DNA of 63,804 nt, counting the filler, from an uncultured bacterium (lineage in GTDB: Bacteria; CAYUVA01), in NCBI GenBank assembly GCA_964448115.1. It is 3 parts of 3 records of this genome, joined end to end, with 100 filler letters (N's around TTAATTAATTAA, not from the genome) between each part and the next. Parts side by side here need not be neighbours in the genome. Positions count along the whole stretch, not along the records: positions 29,500 to 57,927 come from CAYUVA010000050.1; positions 58,028 to 63,804 come from CAYUVA010000076.1; 1 more part is not named here. One strand, written 5' to 3'. Every line of letters starts with the position of its first letter. Positions within the stretch are counted from its first letter, which is position 1. Below the pieces are notes generated by a model, which did not search any database, had not been told where the DNA came from, and saw only the letters and a list, made by a program, of their open reading frames with translations. Position numbers and translations under genes: made by a program. Shown here piece by piece: positions 49,765 through 59,111 of this stretch.

Positions 49765-52152
49765 ATGGATACGCTGGGATCATATCAAAATAAGCTTGTA
49801 ATATTCACTTTTTTGCCCCTGTTCCTCGGTTGTTTTGTTATCGCTCTATTTCCATGCCTCGCATCCGAGTTCGAGATAATCTCTGCATCCTGTTACAGCA
49901 GTTTTTATTATGATGTTGAGGTTGCCGGCAACTACGCCTATTGCAGCGGCATAAGGGGTGTAGATGTGCTTGATATCACGGATCTTCAAGCGCCGGCACT
50001 GCTGGGGACGGTTAATACACCCGGCTCGGCGAGGGGGATGTTTTTAGGCGGCGAATACCTTCTTGTGGCTGATGGCGAGGCGGGTCTGCAGGTGATCGAT
50101 ATCAGCAATCCCGGCTCTTTGTTCATCAAAGGCTCTTACGACACCACCGACTGGAGCTTCGGGGTCTGTGCATACCAGCAACGAGCTTATGTCTGCGACG
50201 ATACCGGCGGCTTGGTAATCCTCGACCTAAGCGACCTCAATCAGCCTCTTTTTCTGGGCAAATGGGCTAATGCGACCTGCCAGGCAAACGACTGCAAGAT
50301 CCTGGATACCGGGATCAAGCTCTACTGCCTGATCGCCGACTATCTCTCTGGCTTGCAGGTAGTCGATGTAAGCGACCCGGCAAATCCGAGCTATGTGGGG
50401 CATCATACCATGGGAAGTGGACACGGATACAACCTGGCTCTGGTCGGCGATTATGCTCTGGTCGCTTATGGAGCAAACCACCTTATAAGTTATGATATAA
50501 CAAATCTCTCCTTTCCTGTCTATGAATGGCAGATGGACACCGATGGTGAGTGCGTTGATATCCATGTTCATGGCAATCTAGCCATCATAGCCGATGATGT
50601 TGGAGGAGTCGCAATAGCAGATATTTCCGATCCCTCCGAGCCAAGTCGCCTGGCGCAGTTGGATAATTTCGTTTACGCCTATGGAGCCTGGGGCGATGAT
50701 AGCAGGATACTGTCCGCCAATGGCTGGCAGGGGATCGACATCTGGGAATCGAGCGCCAAAGACCAGGCGGAGCTTAGGGGCACCTATCGTACCTATGGCA
50801 ATGCCAAGAGCGTCGCCTTCAACGGTAGGTACGCGCTGGTTGCGGAAGGCACCAAGGGGATAAGCTCTGTCGATTTTACATGCTCGCCCCCCCGAATGCT
50901 CGATACATTGGATGTCGGCAGCGCAGAGAGGGTGGTTTGCAAGGGGAGCATCTTCTATGTGGCGGCAGGTGAGGGTGGAATTAAGACCATAGCACTCGAC
51001 GATCAGGGAAAGATACAGGTCCTGGATAGCATCGCCGGCAGCATGGTGCAGTACTTCGAGAACCTACATGTGGTAGGTAATTATTGTTATGTAGTGGGCA
51101 GCGGTCTTGGCTTGAGCATCTATGACATAAGCAACCCGTCTGATATTCGGTGGCGGGCGTCGCTGAGTCCAATATCGTTGATGGGAAGCGATGTCTTCGT
51201 GTTTGGCAACCGGGCCTATGTTCCGAGAATTGATAGTGATTGCCTGATCGTAGATGTCTCGGATGCATCATCTCCAGCGCCCCTAGGTAGCATCCCGCAG
51301 CAGGGTGATTTGCCTTATACGACCGTAACCGCCTTCAGCCGCGGGATCGGGGTCTATGTCGTGCTCGGCAGCCTGAATAGAGCCTTGAAGGTGTATAATG
51401 CAACCGATCCGCTCAATCCGCAGCTTGTCGCCACCTGGGGCTTGACAGCAGCGCCGCAGGACCTAGTGGTTTTCGGCAATGTCCTTCTTGCAGCGATCCA
51501 TTACAACGGCTTGCAGGCTCTTGAGATAAGCGATCTTACGCAGCCGCAGCCGGCGGGGATGCTCAATACCTATGGATATGCTGTTGATATGAACTTGCAT
51601 GGTGATCATATCTATGCAGGCGACACTTATGCAGCGCTAAAGGTGCTTTACTTGACGCCGACACCCAGAGCCACTGCGACGCCAAGCCAGAGCGCTACTT
51701 GTGCACCGACCGGAAGCACGGCGACGGCGACTCCGACACCGACAGCCACAGCGACCCCTTCGCCATCGAAGACACCTACACCAACAGGCTCTGCGAACAC
51801 ATCTACACCGACAGCTACACCTGAATTCAATGTTAATATCCCCATAGGTGGATACATGGAGACGAGGCTGTCTGAGCTCACCGGGGGCAGCATGAGGCTG
51901 GTCGCCATGCTATCATGCACTGCGCCCATCGGTCAGGGCTTGGAGATTTATTATGCAGGCATAGGGAGCGGGATCTACCTGTACGATGATGGTCTGCATG
52001 GCGATTTTGGTGAGCTTGATGGGATTCAAGGTATTAGCTTTGATTTCGCCTATGGTGATCTGCTCGGCGCTGGGGGGATGCACCTGCTTGAGCTTGGTGG
52101 TCGATTTGGCTCGCTCGAGAGGCAACTCTGGCCGCTTCTTGTTATTGAGTGA
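49765..52152 (+). CDS. Secreted LVIVD-repeat protein with Pro/Thr linker and conserved C-terminal domain
   Basis: Signal peptide; repeats such as GLQVIDISNP; TP-rich tract ~51653-51822; tail WPLLVIE. Confidence 0.9.
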   Translation: MDTLGSYQNKLVIFTFLPLFLGCFVIALFPCLASEFEIISASCYSSFYYDVEVAGNYAYCSGIRGVDVLDITDLQAPALLGTVNTPGSARGMFLGGEYLLVADGEAGLQVIDISNPGSLFIKGSYDTTDWSFGVCAYQQRAYVCDDTGGLVILDLSDLNQPLFLGKWANATCQANDCKILDTGIKLYCLIADYLSGLQVVDVSDPANPSYVGHHTMGSGHGYNLALVGDYALVAYGANHLISYDITNLSFPVYEWQMDTDGECVDIHVHGNLAIIADDVGGVAIADISDPSEPSRLAQLDNFVYAYGAWGDDSRILSANGWQGIDIWESSAKDQAELRGTYRTYGNAKSVAFNGRYALVAEGTKGISSVDFTCSPPRMLDTLDVGSAERVVCKGSIFYVAAGEGGIKTIALDDQGKIQVLDSIAGSMVQYFENLHVVGNYCYVVGSGLGLSIYDISNPSDIRWRASLSPISLMGSDVFVFGNRAYVPRIDSDCLIVDVSDASSPAPLGSIPQQGDLPYTTVTAFSRGIGVYVVLGSLNRALKVYNATDPLNPQLVATWGLTAAPQDLVVFGNVLLAAIHYNGLQALEISDLTQPQPAGMLNTYGYAVDMNLHGDHIYAGDTYAALKVLYLTPTPRATATPSQSATCAPTGSTATATPTPTATATPSPSKTPTPTGSANTSTPTATPEFNVNIPIGGYMETRLSELTGGSMRLVAMLSCTAPIGQGLEIYYAGIGSGIYLYDDGLHGDFGELDGIQGISFDFAYGDLLGAGGMHLLELGGRFGSLERQLWPLLVIE

Positions 52153-52179
52153 ATGCCTAAACACGGTTATCTTCTCCTA

Positions 52180-52207
52180 TTGACCTGGTGAATGCTGATA
52201 CTATAAT
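52180..52207 (+). promoter_or_regulatory. Sigma-70 promoter of tRNA-Thr(CGT)
   Basis: TTGACC-16-TATAAT, 15 nt upstream of the tRNA. Confidence 0.65.
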
Positions 52208-52222
52208 AGGTAGCTCACGGTT

Positions 52223-52294
52223 GCCGGCGTAGCTCAGTGGCAGAGCGGCTGATTCGTAATCAGTAGGTCGGGGGTTCAACTCCCCCCGCCGGCT
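52223..52294 (+). tRNA. tRNA-Thr (CGT)
   Basis: Acceptor GCCGGCG/CGCCGGC, anticodon loop TT-CGT-AA. Confidence 0.94.
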
Positions 52295-52337
52295 TGAGGT
52301 ACGATGGTTCCAGGGACTGGAAGATAATCAAGGATGT

Positions 52338-52481
52338 CTATACTTGATTTTTAGGGTCTCCCTGTAATACCCATCTCGCCATAGGCATAGCAACGGAACT
52401 TGGAGTAAAAAACTGACCATACTTCTTCCTGTGTTCCTTGGTGGTCTCAGCAATGTACTTTGACTCAAGAATTGATGACAT
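52338..52481 (-). pseudogene. N-terminal fragment of an N6-adenine DNA methyltransferase
   Basis: MSSILESKYIAETTKEHRKKYGQFFTP then stop; no SAM-binding or catalytic motif. Confidence 0.75.
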
Positions 52482-52710
52482 CCTCAACAAATACTTCATT
52501 ATCGAGATATGCCCTACCACCACTAAAGGTAACATAAAAGACAAGGCGCCACCGATTCAATTCCTTCATGACAGATTGATGTTCAGGCATCTCGATCTTA
52601 CCAATAAGTTCTTTACCTACTAAAACATTTATCTTTATCGTGGTCTTACCTTGATTTTTCACACCTCGTTCTATTGAAAATATACTCCCAAGTTTCGGTA
52701 TTAATTTCAA
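52465..52710 (-). pseudogene. C-terminal fragment of a putative restriction endonuclease (AccI-like from recollection)
   Basis: AT-rich partial ORF KNQGKTTIKINV...KELNRWRLVFYVTFSGG overlapping the methylase start. Confidence 0.5.
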
Positions 52711-52735
52711 TAGGTAACAATACCTACTTGGTCCC

Positions 52736-55700
52736 CTACTCCACCACGGTCAGGTACGGCCACGGGTGGCTGTGGCATAGCTCCTGCCAGGACTGCATCT
52801 CGATAAGGTAATTGCCTATATATGCGCCCGGTCCAACTACCAGCGGTCCAAAGCTGAAGACCCCGGGATCGCCCTCGCTTAGCTCCAAGCCAAGCTCCTC
52901 GCCTGCCATGTATAGCTTCACCGTGTCGATATCCATACCCACGAGATCCTGCACATAAGCAAGTATATACAAGATGCCTCCGCTTGAGCGAGTTATACTG
53001 GTGGTCATGTAGCCGGCAATGAATATCTCCGAGGCGACCTCCTGCGGGTATTCGTAAGGACAGCCAGGCGTTACCGTTGGAGTGCAGGTCGGCGTGTCGG
53101 TCGGAGTGGCTGTCTCGGTTGCAGTCGGCGTGCTTGACGGCGTCGGCGTTGTGCTCGGAGTTGGAGTCCGTGTTGGCGTGGCTGTCATGGTCGCTGTGGG
53201 CGTGCGTGTCGGGGTCGGGGTCGCCTTGGGTACCCCGCAGATGCTTATATCATCGAGATTCCAGCCACAGTACTGAACCGAGCCGTCGGTTGGTCCCATG
53301 ACAAAGCGTATGTAGATATCGCTCAAGCCACGATAGGAGCTTAGATCGAGCGTTATCGGCTTCCACTCACCATCGTACATGGATGAACCGTTCTGCCACT
53401 TGGTTACAAAAGTGAACGGTCCCCAGGAAACTTGGATCTTGGCGTGATCGTAAGTACTTGACTCAACGCCGAGCCAGCGATAGAAACTAAGCTCAACCTC
53501 ATCCATTTGGCTGAAGTCCAAGGGACCTATGGTGCAGTATTCTTCATCCATATTGCTTGGATAGCAGCCATCAGGATTGGAGCTGACCACATAGTCGCCG
53601 GTGTAACCGCTGGTCGGGTCTTCCCTTCCACTGGTGCAGCCACCGGTAGGCTGTACCCACGCCCAGTCCCCGGTGAACTGGAAGTCCGGCGCAAAATCCA
53701 TGTTCCAACTATAGGGACAATAGTAGGCGGTCAGGGTTACGCTGAACTGAAATTCCGCCTGGTAACCATTCTCGCCGACTACATTGAGAGTGAACCAAGC
53801 CATCTCCCCTTCAGGTGTATATACATCGGAACTCCAACGAAAGTGCGGAGTAATGGTGCTCCCCTGTCCCCGTCCGGGGATTGGGTTAAAGTCCGATGTG
53901 CCATCGATTATGGTTATGTATTGATTGTTGGTGCTCAAGATGCCACTTACTTGGGTCATCAGCGCGCCGCCAAGATTTTCTAGTGTAACCTCCATGGCAA
54001 GCTCCTCGCCAGGATCGGCAAAGCCGTCGTCATCTGGATCATCGAGGATGCTGAGGGCATAGAATTCGAGATGCGGCGCATAGCCGATGATGCCGAAGTT
54101 CACATAGCCCTCACTCTTAGTATCGCTCGAGCTCCAATGAAGGGTAAACTGCCCCAGGTGCCCATCCGGTATATCAGGGGACACCTTGATGCGAAGATGC
54201 GGAGGTTGCGAGGTCGCCTCCTGGTTGTTGCCGATATCGCCGAAGCTGACCTCGCTGTTTAAGATGGTCATATATGGATCACCGCTGCTAACCGTACCCT
54301 CGACCCCGCTTGCCTCAATCCCAAGATTACGCAAGGTTATGAGAACATCGATGGTCTCGTTGAAGTCAGCCCTGCCATCACCGTTGCCGAATACCGTGTC
54401 ATCAAGCTCTATACTTTTTAGCAATATCTGGGGCTGGTTACAGGATGCGACATAAGAGATCCTGATATCATCGATGTTCCATCCACAGTATTCTACAGAG
54501 CTATCAGAGGGACCCATCACCCAGCGCAGATAAATAGTCTCCTGGAAATCAGCATAGCTGGAGATATCAAACTGTTGCGATACCCAGGAACCATCATCCA
54601 CAGTGCTGGAGTTCTGCCAGAGGGTTGACCAGGTACTGCCATCCCTGCTTATTTCAAGCGCTGCGTGATCCCAAGTAGATGATTCCACGCCCAGCCAACG
54701 ATAGAAGCTCAAGGTGGTGTCGAACGAAGCGCTGCAATCTATCGGCAAGGTAGTTAGATACTCCTCGTCCATGTTTTCCGAGTAATCGCCATTCAAGTTA
54801 TAGCCATACACATAGCAGCCGGTATAGCCGCTGGTTGGGTCACCGCCCTGCCCGGTGGGAACGCCGAACTCCCAGTCTCCAGTGGTATCCCAGCCAGGGT
54901 CGGTATCAAGAGGCTCATCAAGCAGGTAAAGCCGAATCAGCGTGTGGAAAGCATAATATGCTCCTTCATTGTCATCTACGGTCATATTATTAGCTCGGTC
55001 CGATGCCTGGATATAAAAGCTATACTCGGTGCAGCCGGTCAGATCCGACAAAAGCATAGTATGCTCGGTTTTAAGCGCACCGCTGATTGTAACCAGGTTC
55101 AGATCTGGATAAACGCCGTAAAACACCATTGAGCTAGCTGGCTCATTGGTGCTCCAACTAACCAGCGCGGAGGTATCGGTTACTTGGGTTACAGAGACAT
55201 TGCTTATCTGCGAAGGGATGCAGTCAACCTTTGAGCGATAGGTCTTAGGCACATTATAGTTGCCCAAGCCATCATCGGCATCGATGTATGTAACAGTTAT
55301 ATTATCGTCGTTGGCTACCAGCAGATCGCCATGTTTGCCATAAGTTGAGGTTGTATTGATGCTGCCGGTGAAATAGCCGGATCCAGCAGGTGTCTCGGTC
55401 AGCCATAGCTGATATCCGACCGGGTCGCTATCCGAGACGATGGTTACATTCACATCTCCCGCATCGCGCAGGTCAGCATCGCCAACGCCGATATTTACCG
55501 TGTCCGCGCAGTTGTAGTACATCCGGTCCAAAAAAACCCTGCCATCGGAGAAGCCTAAGTCCCCGCTCACAACCAGCGCATAAGGCTGCGGGCCTTGAGG
55601 AATATTGATCGATCTGATCTTGATTATGTAAGAGCCAGGATCTGGCTCAACGATGCGAACACACTCGACATTATTCAAGCTATCAGCATCGCCATCAGGA

Positions 55701-57616
55701 ACCGAGACTCCATCAACAAAATTGTTACCCTTGTAGGTGGTCGAGTTATGGATTACCTCAAGGTCGAGGTTGTTGACCAGGTCGTATGCAGAGCCAGGCG
55801 TTCCTGGATAATCTGTCCAGACCAGGGTAATCTTCAATTCCTCATCGGAGCTTATGACCGTTACGATGTAGGTATCTTCCTCGTTGATGTTGGTAAATCC
55901 AGCCGAGTCTTCTACAAAGAGATCCCTGTCATCCCCCTCGAAGTACATGGCCCTGTCGAGGTGGACTCTACCCCAGCCCTGTCCTTTTGCGGGGATGTCG
56001 CCATGAGCGCTTCCATCGCCAGTGTAGGAGCCGGTCATGTTGTCAGCGCTGTTAATCAACATGGCTTTGACCAGGGCAGATGAGGGACTGAAGCCGAAGC
56101 TCTCGTTAGGCATTCCCATCGGATACCACCCCTTCTCGAAGTACTCTCGAATGAGGGCTGAACAGCCAGCTATCCCTGGTGTTGCCATAGAGGTTCCGCT
56201 CTTATCGTCAGTGCTACAGTTAAAAGTGCCTATATCGTAATCGCAATCAGCAGAATATATATCAGCACCACACAAGGTAACATCCGGCTTATATCGTCCA
56301 TCGTCCGTAGGACCGTGGCTGGAGAATGATGCCATGTCCTCGGCTGATGAGCCTGCTTCAGTGGCTCCGCAGGTAACCACATTCTTGCAGATGCCTGGAG
56401 TACGACAACTGTTATCCGAGGGTCCCTCATTCCCAGCAGCGAAGCAGGTTACCAGCTCCTTGTAGTCCCAAAGTGCCTGGTCAACCTCCTGGGCAAGCGC
56501 ATTGTATTCCCCATAAGAATAGGGATCTCCCCAGCTATTGGAGTGGATGCGAGCACCCTCGTCATTAGCCTGCTGGAGCGTGTCGTACATGCTGTCCGGG
56601 ATCTCCATATCACCAGGTACGCTTGTGTCCTGGATGATCAGCTTACATTGGGGTGCCATGCCGTCGCCGGTGTCCCGGTAGCCCGGCGTGGCGAAGTCAT
56701 CGCCGGCTATGGTCCCTGCCGTGTGGGTACCGTGGCTGACATTGTCGTAGTCGTTGTATCCCAGGATATCATGATAGGCGACTATCTTGCGCTGGTTATA
56801 ATTGGGCGTCTCGCCGGGGATGCCTTCGGCTTCATCCCAGAAGTAGCACATGTCGATGTCTGCGCCAGTGTCCAGTACAGCGGCGATCTGACCCTCGCCG
56901 AAGATCCCCTTGTCGTGGATCGGCGTTGCCTGGTCGTTGTACAATCCGCTCTGGCTTACCCAGACAGTCTGGTCGTTGCAAAGCTCCGCATCTGGATAGC
57001 GCTCGATCCACTGGACTTCCATCAGTCGGGCTATGGCCTCGGCAGCTTCCAAGGTTTTTGTCCTGGCAAAGGTCGCCTTAATATAGGTCTTGTAACGAGT
57101 GGATATCACCTTATGCACCTGTCCGTTGAGACTTTTTATAGTCTTGGTTGTAGAGGAAGGCGATTCGCCCTTAAAAAGAACTATCCGCAGCTCGAAGAGA
57201 TCTTCCTTAGCCTCTGCGACCTGCTTATCGAGTACCGGTGATAGCTTGTATCCCGGCTCATAAAAGCCGATCCATCTGATCCAGGGATGATCTTTCAAAA
57301 AACGGTATTTGATAGGATCCAGTTTGATGATAAAAGCGTTCTCCGGCACATAGCCATGATGCCTTAAATCCAGCGATGAGAGTAGATTCTTGTTGTCGCC
57401 GTTGATCTTGCTCGCAAACTGTACAATGTAGTAAGCATCGGAAACGCCACGAATAAAATCGTAGGAAAGCGCAGCCTCGAACACCGATTTGGCTGCCAGG
57501 GGATCAAAGTAGGCATTCTTCGTTTTGATATAAAATCCCTCGTTTGCGGTGGAGACACCAATACCTGTAATTATTACAAGCGCTACGATCATCCTGAGTA
57601 TAGTGGTTTCTTTCAT
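52736..57616 (-). CDS. Large secreted S8 (subtilisin-like) protease with FN3/Ig and duplicated beta-sandwich modules, Pro/Thr linker and conserved C-terminal domain
   Basis: Signal peptide; triad VLDTG, HGTHTAG, SGTSMATP; duplicated TGDW..DPTSGYTG..RWLGVE..CGWNxDD module; tail WPYLTVVE. Confidence 0.93.
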   Translation of the reverse strand: MKETTILRMIVALVIITGIGVSTANEGFYIKTKNAYFDPLAAKSVFEAALSYDFIRGVSDAYYIVQFASKINGDNKNLLSSLDLRHHGYVPENAFIIKLDPIKYRFLKDHPWIRWIGFYEPGYKLSPVLDKQVAEAKEDLFELRIVLFKGESPSSTTKTIKSLNGQVHKVISTRYKTYIKATFARTKTLEAAEAIARLMEVQWIERYPDAELCNDQTVWVSQSGLYNDQATPIHDKGIFGEGQIAAVLDTGADIDMCYFWDEAEGIPGETPNYNQRKIVAYHDILGYNDYDNVSHGTHTAGTIAGDDFATPGYRDTGDGMAPQCKLIIQDTSVPGDMEIPDSMYDTLQQANDEGARIHSNSWGDPYSYGEYNALAQEVDQALWDYKELVTCFAAGNEGPSDNSCRTPGICKNVVTCGATEAGSSAEDMASFSSHGPTDDGRYKPDVTLCGADIYSADCDYDIGTFNCSTDDKSGTSMATPGIAGCSALIREYFEKGWYPMGMPNESFGFSPSSALVKAMLINSADNMTGSYTGDGSAHGDIPAKGQGWGRVHLDRAMYFEGDDRDLFVEDSAGFTNINEEDTYIVTVISSDEELKITLVWTDYPGTPGSAYDLVNNLDLEVIHNSTTYKGNNFVDGVSVPDGDADSLNNVECVRIVEPDPGSYIIKIRSINIPQGPQPYALVVSGDLGFSDGRVFLDRMYYNCADTVNIGVGDADLRDAGDVNVTIVSDSDPVGYQLWLTETPAGSGYFTGSINTTSTYGKHGDLLVANDDNITVTYIDADDGLGNYNVPKTYRSKVDCIPSQISNVSVTQVTDTSALVSWSTNEPASSMVFYGVYPDLNLVTISGALKTEHTMLLSDLTGCTEYSFYIQASDRANNMTVDDNEGAYYAFHTLIRLYLLDEPLDTDPGWDTTGDWEFGVPTGQGGDPTSGYTGCYVYGYNLNGDYSENMDEEYLTTLPIDCSASFDTTLSFYRWLGVESSTWDHAALEISRDGSTWSTLWQNSSTVDDGSWVSQQFDISSYADFQETIYLRWVMGPSDSSVEYCGWNIDDIRISYVASCNQPQILLKSIELDDTVFGNGDGRADFNETIDVLITLRNLGIEASGVEGTVSSGDPYMTILNSEVSFGDIGNNQEATSQPPHLRIKVSPDIPDGHLGQFTLHWSSSDTKSEGYVNFGIIGYAPHLEFYALSILDDPDDDGFADPGEELAMEVTLENLGGALMTQVSGILSTNNQYITIIDGTSDFNPIPGRGQGSTITPHFRWSSDVYTPEGEMAWFTLNVVGENGYQAEFQFSVTLTAYYCPYSWNMDFAPDFQFTGDWAWVQPTGGCTSGREDPTSGYTGDYVVSSNPDGCYPSNMDEEYCTIGPLDFSQMDEVELSFYRWLGVESSTYDHAKIQVSWGPFTFVTKWQNGSSMYDGEWKPITLDLSSYRGLSDIYIRFVMGPTDGSVQYCGWNLDDISICGVPKATPTPTRTPTATMTATPTRTPTPSTTPTPSSTPTATETATPTDTPTCTPTVTPGCPYEYPQEVASEIFIAGYMTTSITRSSGGILYILAYVQDLVGMDIDTVKLYMAGEELGLELSEGDPGVFSFGPLVVGPGAYIGNYLIEMQSWQELCHSHPWPYLTVVE

Positions 57617-57771
57617 TCTTTTGACATCCTTTCTGCTCTAACTTGTAGGTTACTTACCCATGCCTATCTTTGGGAGAAACAACTTAATATATATTGTAAA
57701 TTCCATAAAAATTCAAACTTTCTAAGCGATCCATTACTTCGGAATGTAGAAGCAATATAGACGATAGAAAG

Positions 57772-57927
57772 TTTCTCGTTTTCTTGTTTTCTCGTTTTTT
57801 AGTTTCTTGTTTCTAGTTTAGGGGGTTATTATCCCCCTTCTCTGTCATTCCAGCCCCGCATCAAGGGCGGGATAAACTCCGGCAGGAATACAGTAATCAC
57901 GGGAAGTGATAAAGTGATAAGGTGATA
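57772..57927. repeat. Heptamer-like repeats, REP-like palindrome and GTGATA octamers at contig end
   Basis: TTTCTCG/TTTCTTG/TTTCTAG units; TGTCATTCC...GGAATACAG (57843-57893); GTGATAAAGTGATAAGGTGATA. Confidence 0.65.
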
Positions 57928-58027
57928 NNNNNNNNNNNNNNNNNNNNNNNNNNNNNNNNNNNNNNNNNNNNTTAATTAATTAANNNNNNNNNNNNNNNNN
58001 NNNNNNNNNNNNNNNNNNNNNNNNNNN
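57928..58027. other. Artificial contig linker
   Basis: 44 N + TTAATTAATTAA + 44 N. Confidence 0.97.
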
Positions 58028-58062
58028 CAGTCCTTACCCATGAGGCGCATGATCAACCTATA

Positions 58063-58300
58063 TGTCATCCCGAGCGGAGTCCCGATTTTCGCAAAAATCG
58101 GGATAAAGTCGAGGAATCTCTCCCCCCTTCTTCCCCCAAACTTGGGGAGGGGGTCGGGGGATGGGGCTTCTTGTCTTTTCTTCTTTGCATCTTTGCTTGG
58201 CTAGTTTCTAGTTCCTAGTTCTCCAATTCCTAATTTGCGTTCTTTGCGTCTTTGCGTCTTTGCGTGCTCAACTCTTTCTGTTCTGCGCCTTTGCGTGAGA
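58063..58300. repeat. REP-like palindromes and short tandem repeats
   Basis: GTCATCCCGAGCGGA[TCCCGATTTT..AAAATCGGGA]..GTCGAGGAATCTC; C-rich/G-rich hairpin 58122-58167; CTAGTTY heptamers; CTTTGCGT octamers. Confidence 0.7.
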
Positions 58301-58340
58301 TCTGCGGCGGGTTGGGATTGTGGATCTTCGGTAGTGCTCG

Positions 58341-59111
58341 CTATGCCTTTCTTCTAGCCAGAAGGGTAATCGGGGAGCCGAAAAGCCTGGTCAACCCCAT
58401 ACTACCAAGCAAGCCCTCGACTCTGCGGGTGAAGCCAGGATTGTTCAGCTTGCGATGCAGCTTGAAGGGGAGCACCAGTTCCTTGCTGTAGGCGATAAGC
58501 TCGAAGCCACAATCCTCGAGCAACGGGATAATATCACGCTTTAGCGAAAACACATTATAAAGCTGGGTATCATCCCTAAAGATGGAACGTACCTTCAGAA
58601 GCTGGCGATGTATCCATGCCACGCTTGTGATGCTCGGTATATCGAAGATGACCAGGCGGGAGCTTACCCGGCACATCTGCCGGATCGCACTTTTCCAATC
58701 AATGACATGCAGTATCATGCGCGCCGAGACCACCAGCTCGAAAGCTCCGTCCGAAAAGGGAAGCTGGTGAGCATCGCCCTGAACCAGTAGGATCTCTCCC
58801 TCGGATTCTCCTTCGAGCTTCTCCTTGAACACACCTAGCATCTGAGCGGACGCATCGACCGAGACAACAGGGAATTGCTTGCGATAAAAAGGCAATGAGA
58901 TTCTTCCGCCGCCGGCGCCCAAATCCAAGACAGTGAAGTCAGTGGTATCGATCCCCTCTAAAAAGCTGAATATCTCGCGCTGCTGGATCTCATCGAAGAA
59001 GCGTCCTATCTCGCCGGCGAAGCGTGTAGCCTCAAACTGCCGTGCATGTGAAGGATCACGATAAAACTTGTAGCTATAATGCTCCTTGCCCCTTTTTTCT
59101 TCGTGCTTCAT
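58341..59111 (-). CDS. Class I SAM-dependent methyltransferase
   Basis: VLDLGAGGGR, VDAS, GDAHQLPF. Confidence 0.9.
   Translation of the reverse strand: MKHEEKRGKEHYSYKFYRDPSHARQFEATRFAGEIGRFFDEIQQREIFSFLEGIDTTDFTVLDLGAGGGRISLPFYRKQFPVVSVDASAQMLGVFKEKLEGESEGEILLVQGDAHQLPFSDGAFELVVSARMILHVIDWKSAIRQMCRVSSRLVIFDIPSITSVAWIHRQLLKVRSIFRDDTQLYNVFSLKRDIIPLLEDCGFELIAYSKELVLPFKLHRKLNNPGFTRRVEGLLGSMGLTRLFGSPITLLARRKA

Noticed and set aside
51653-51822. Repetitive DNA (also 53070-53230) as a non-coding repeat
   Set aside because: Explained by Pro/Thr linker coding with varied codons.
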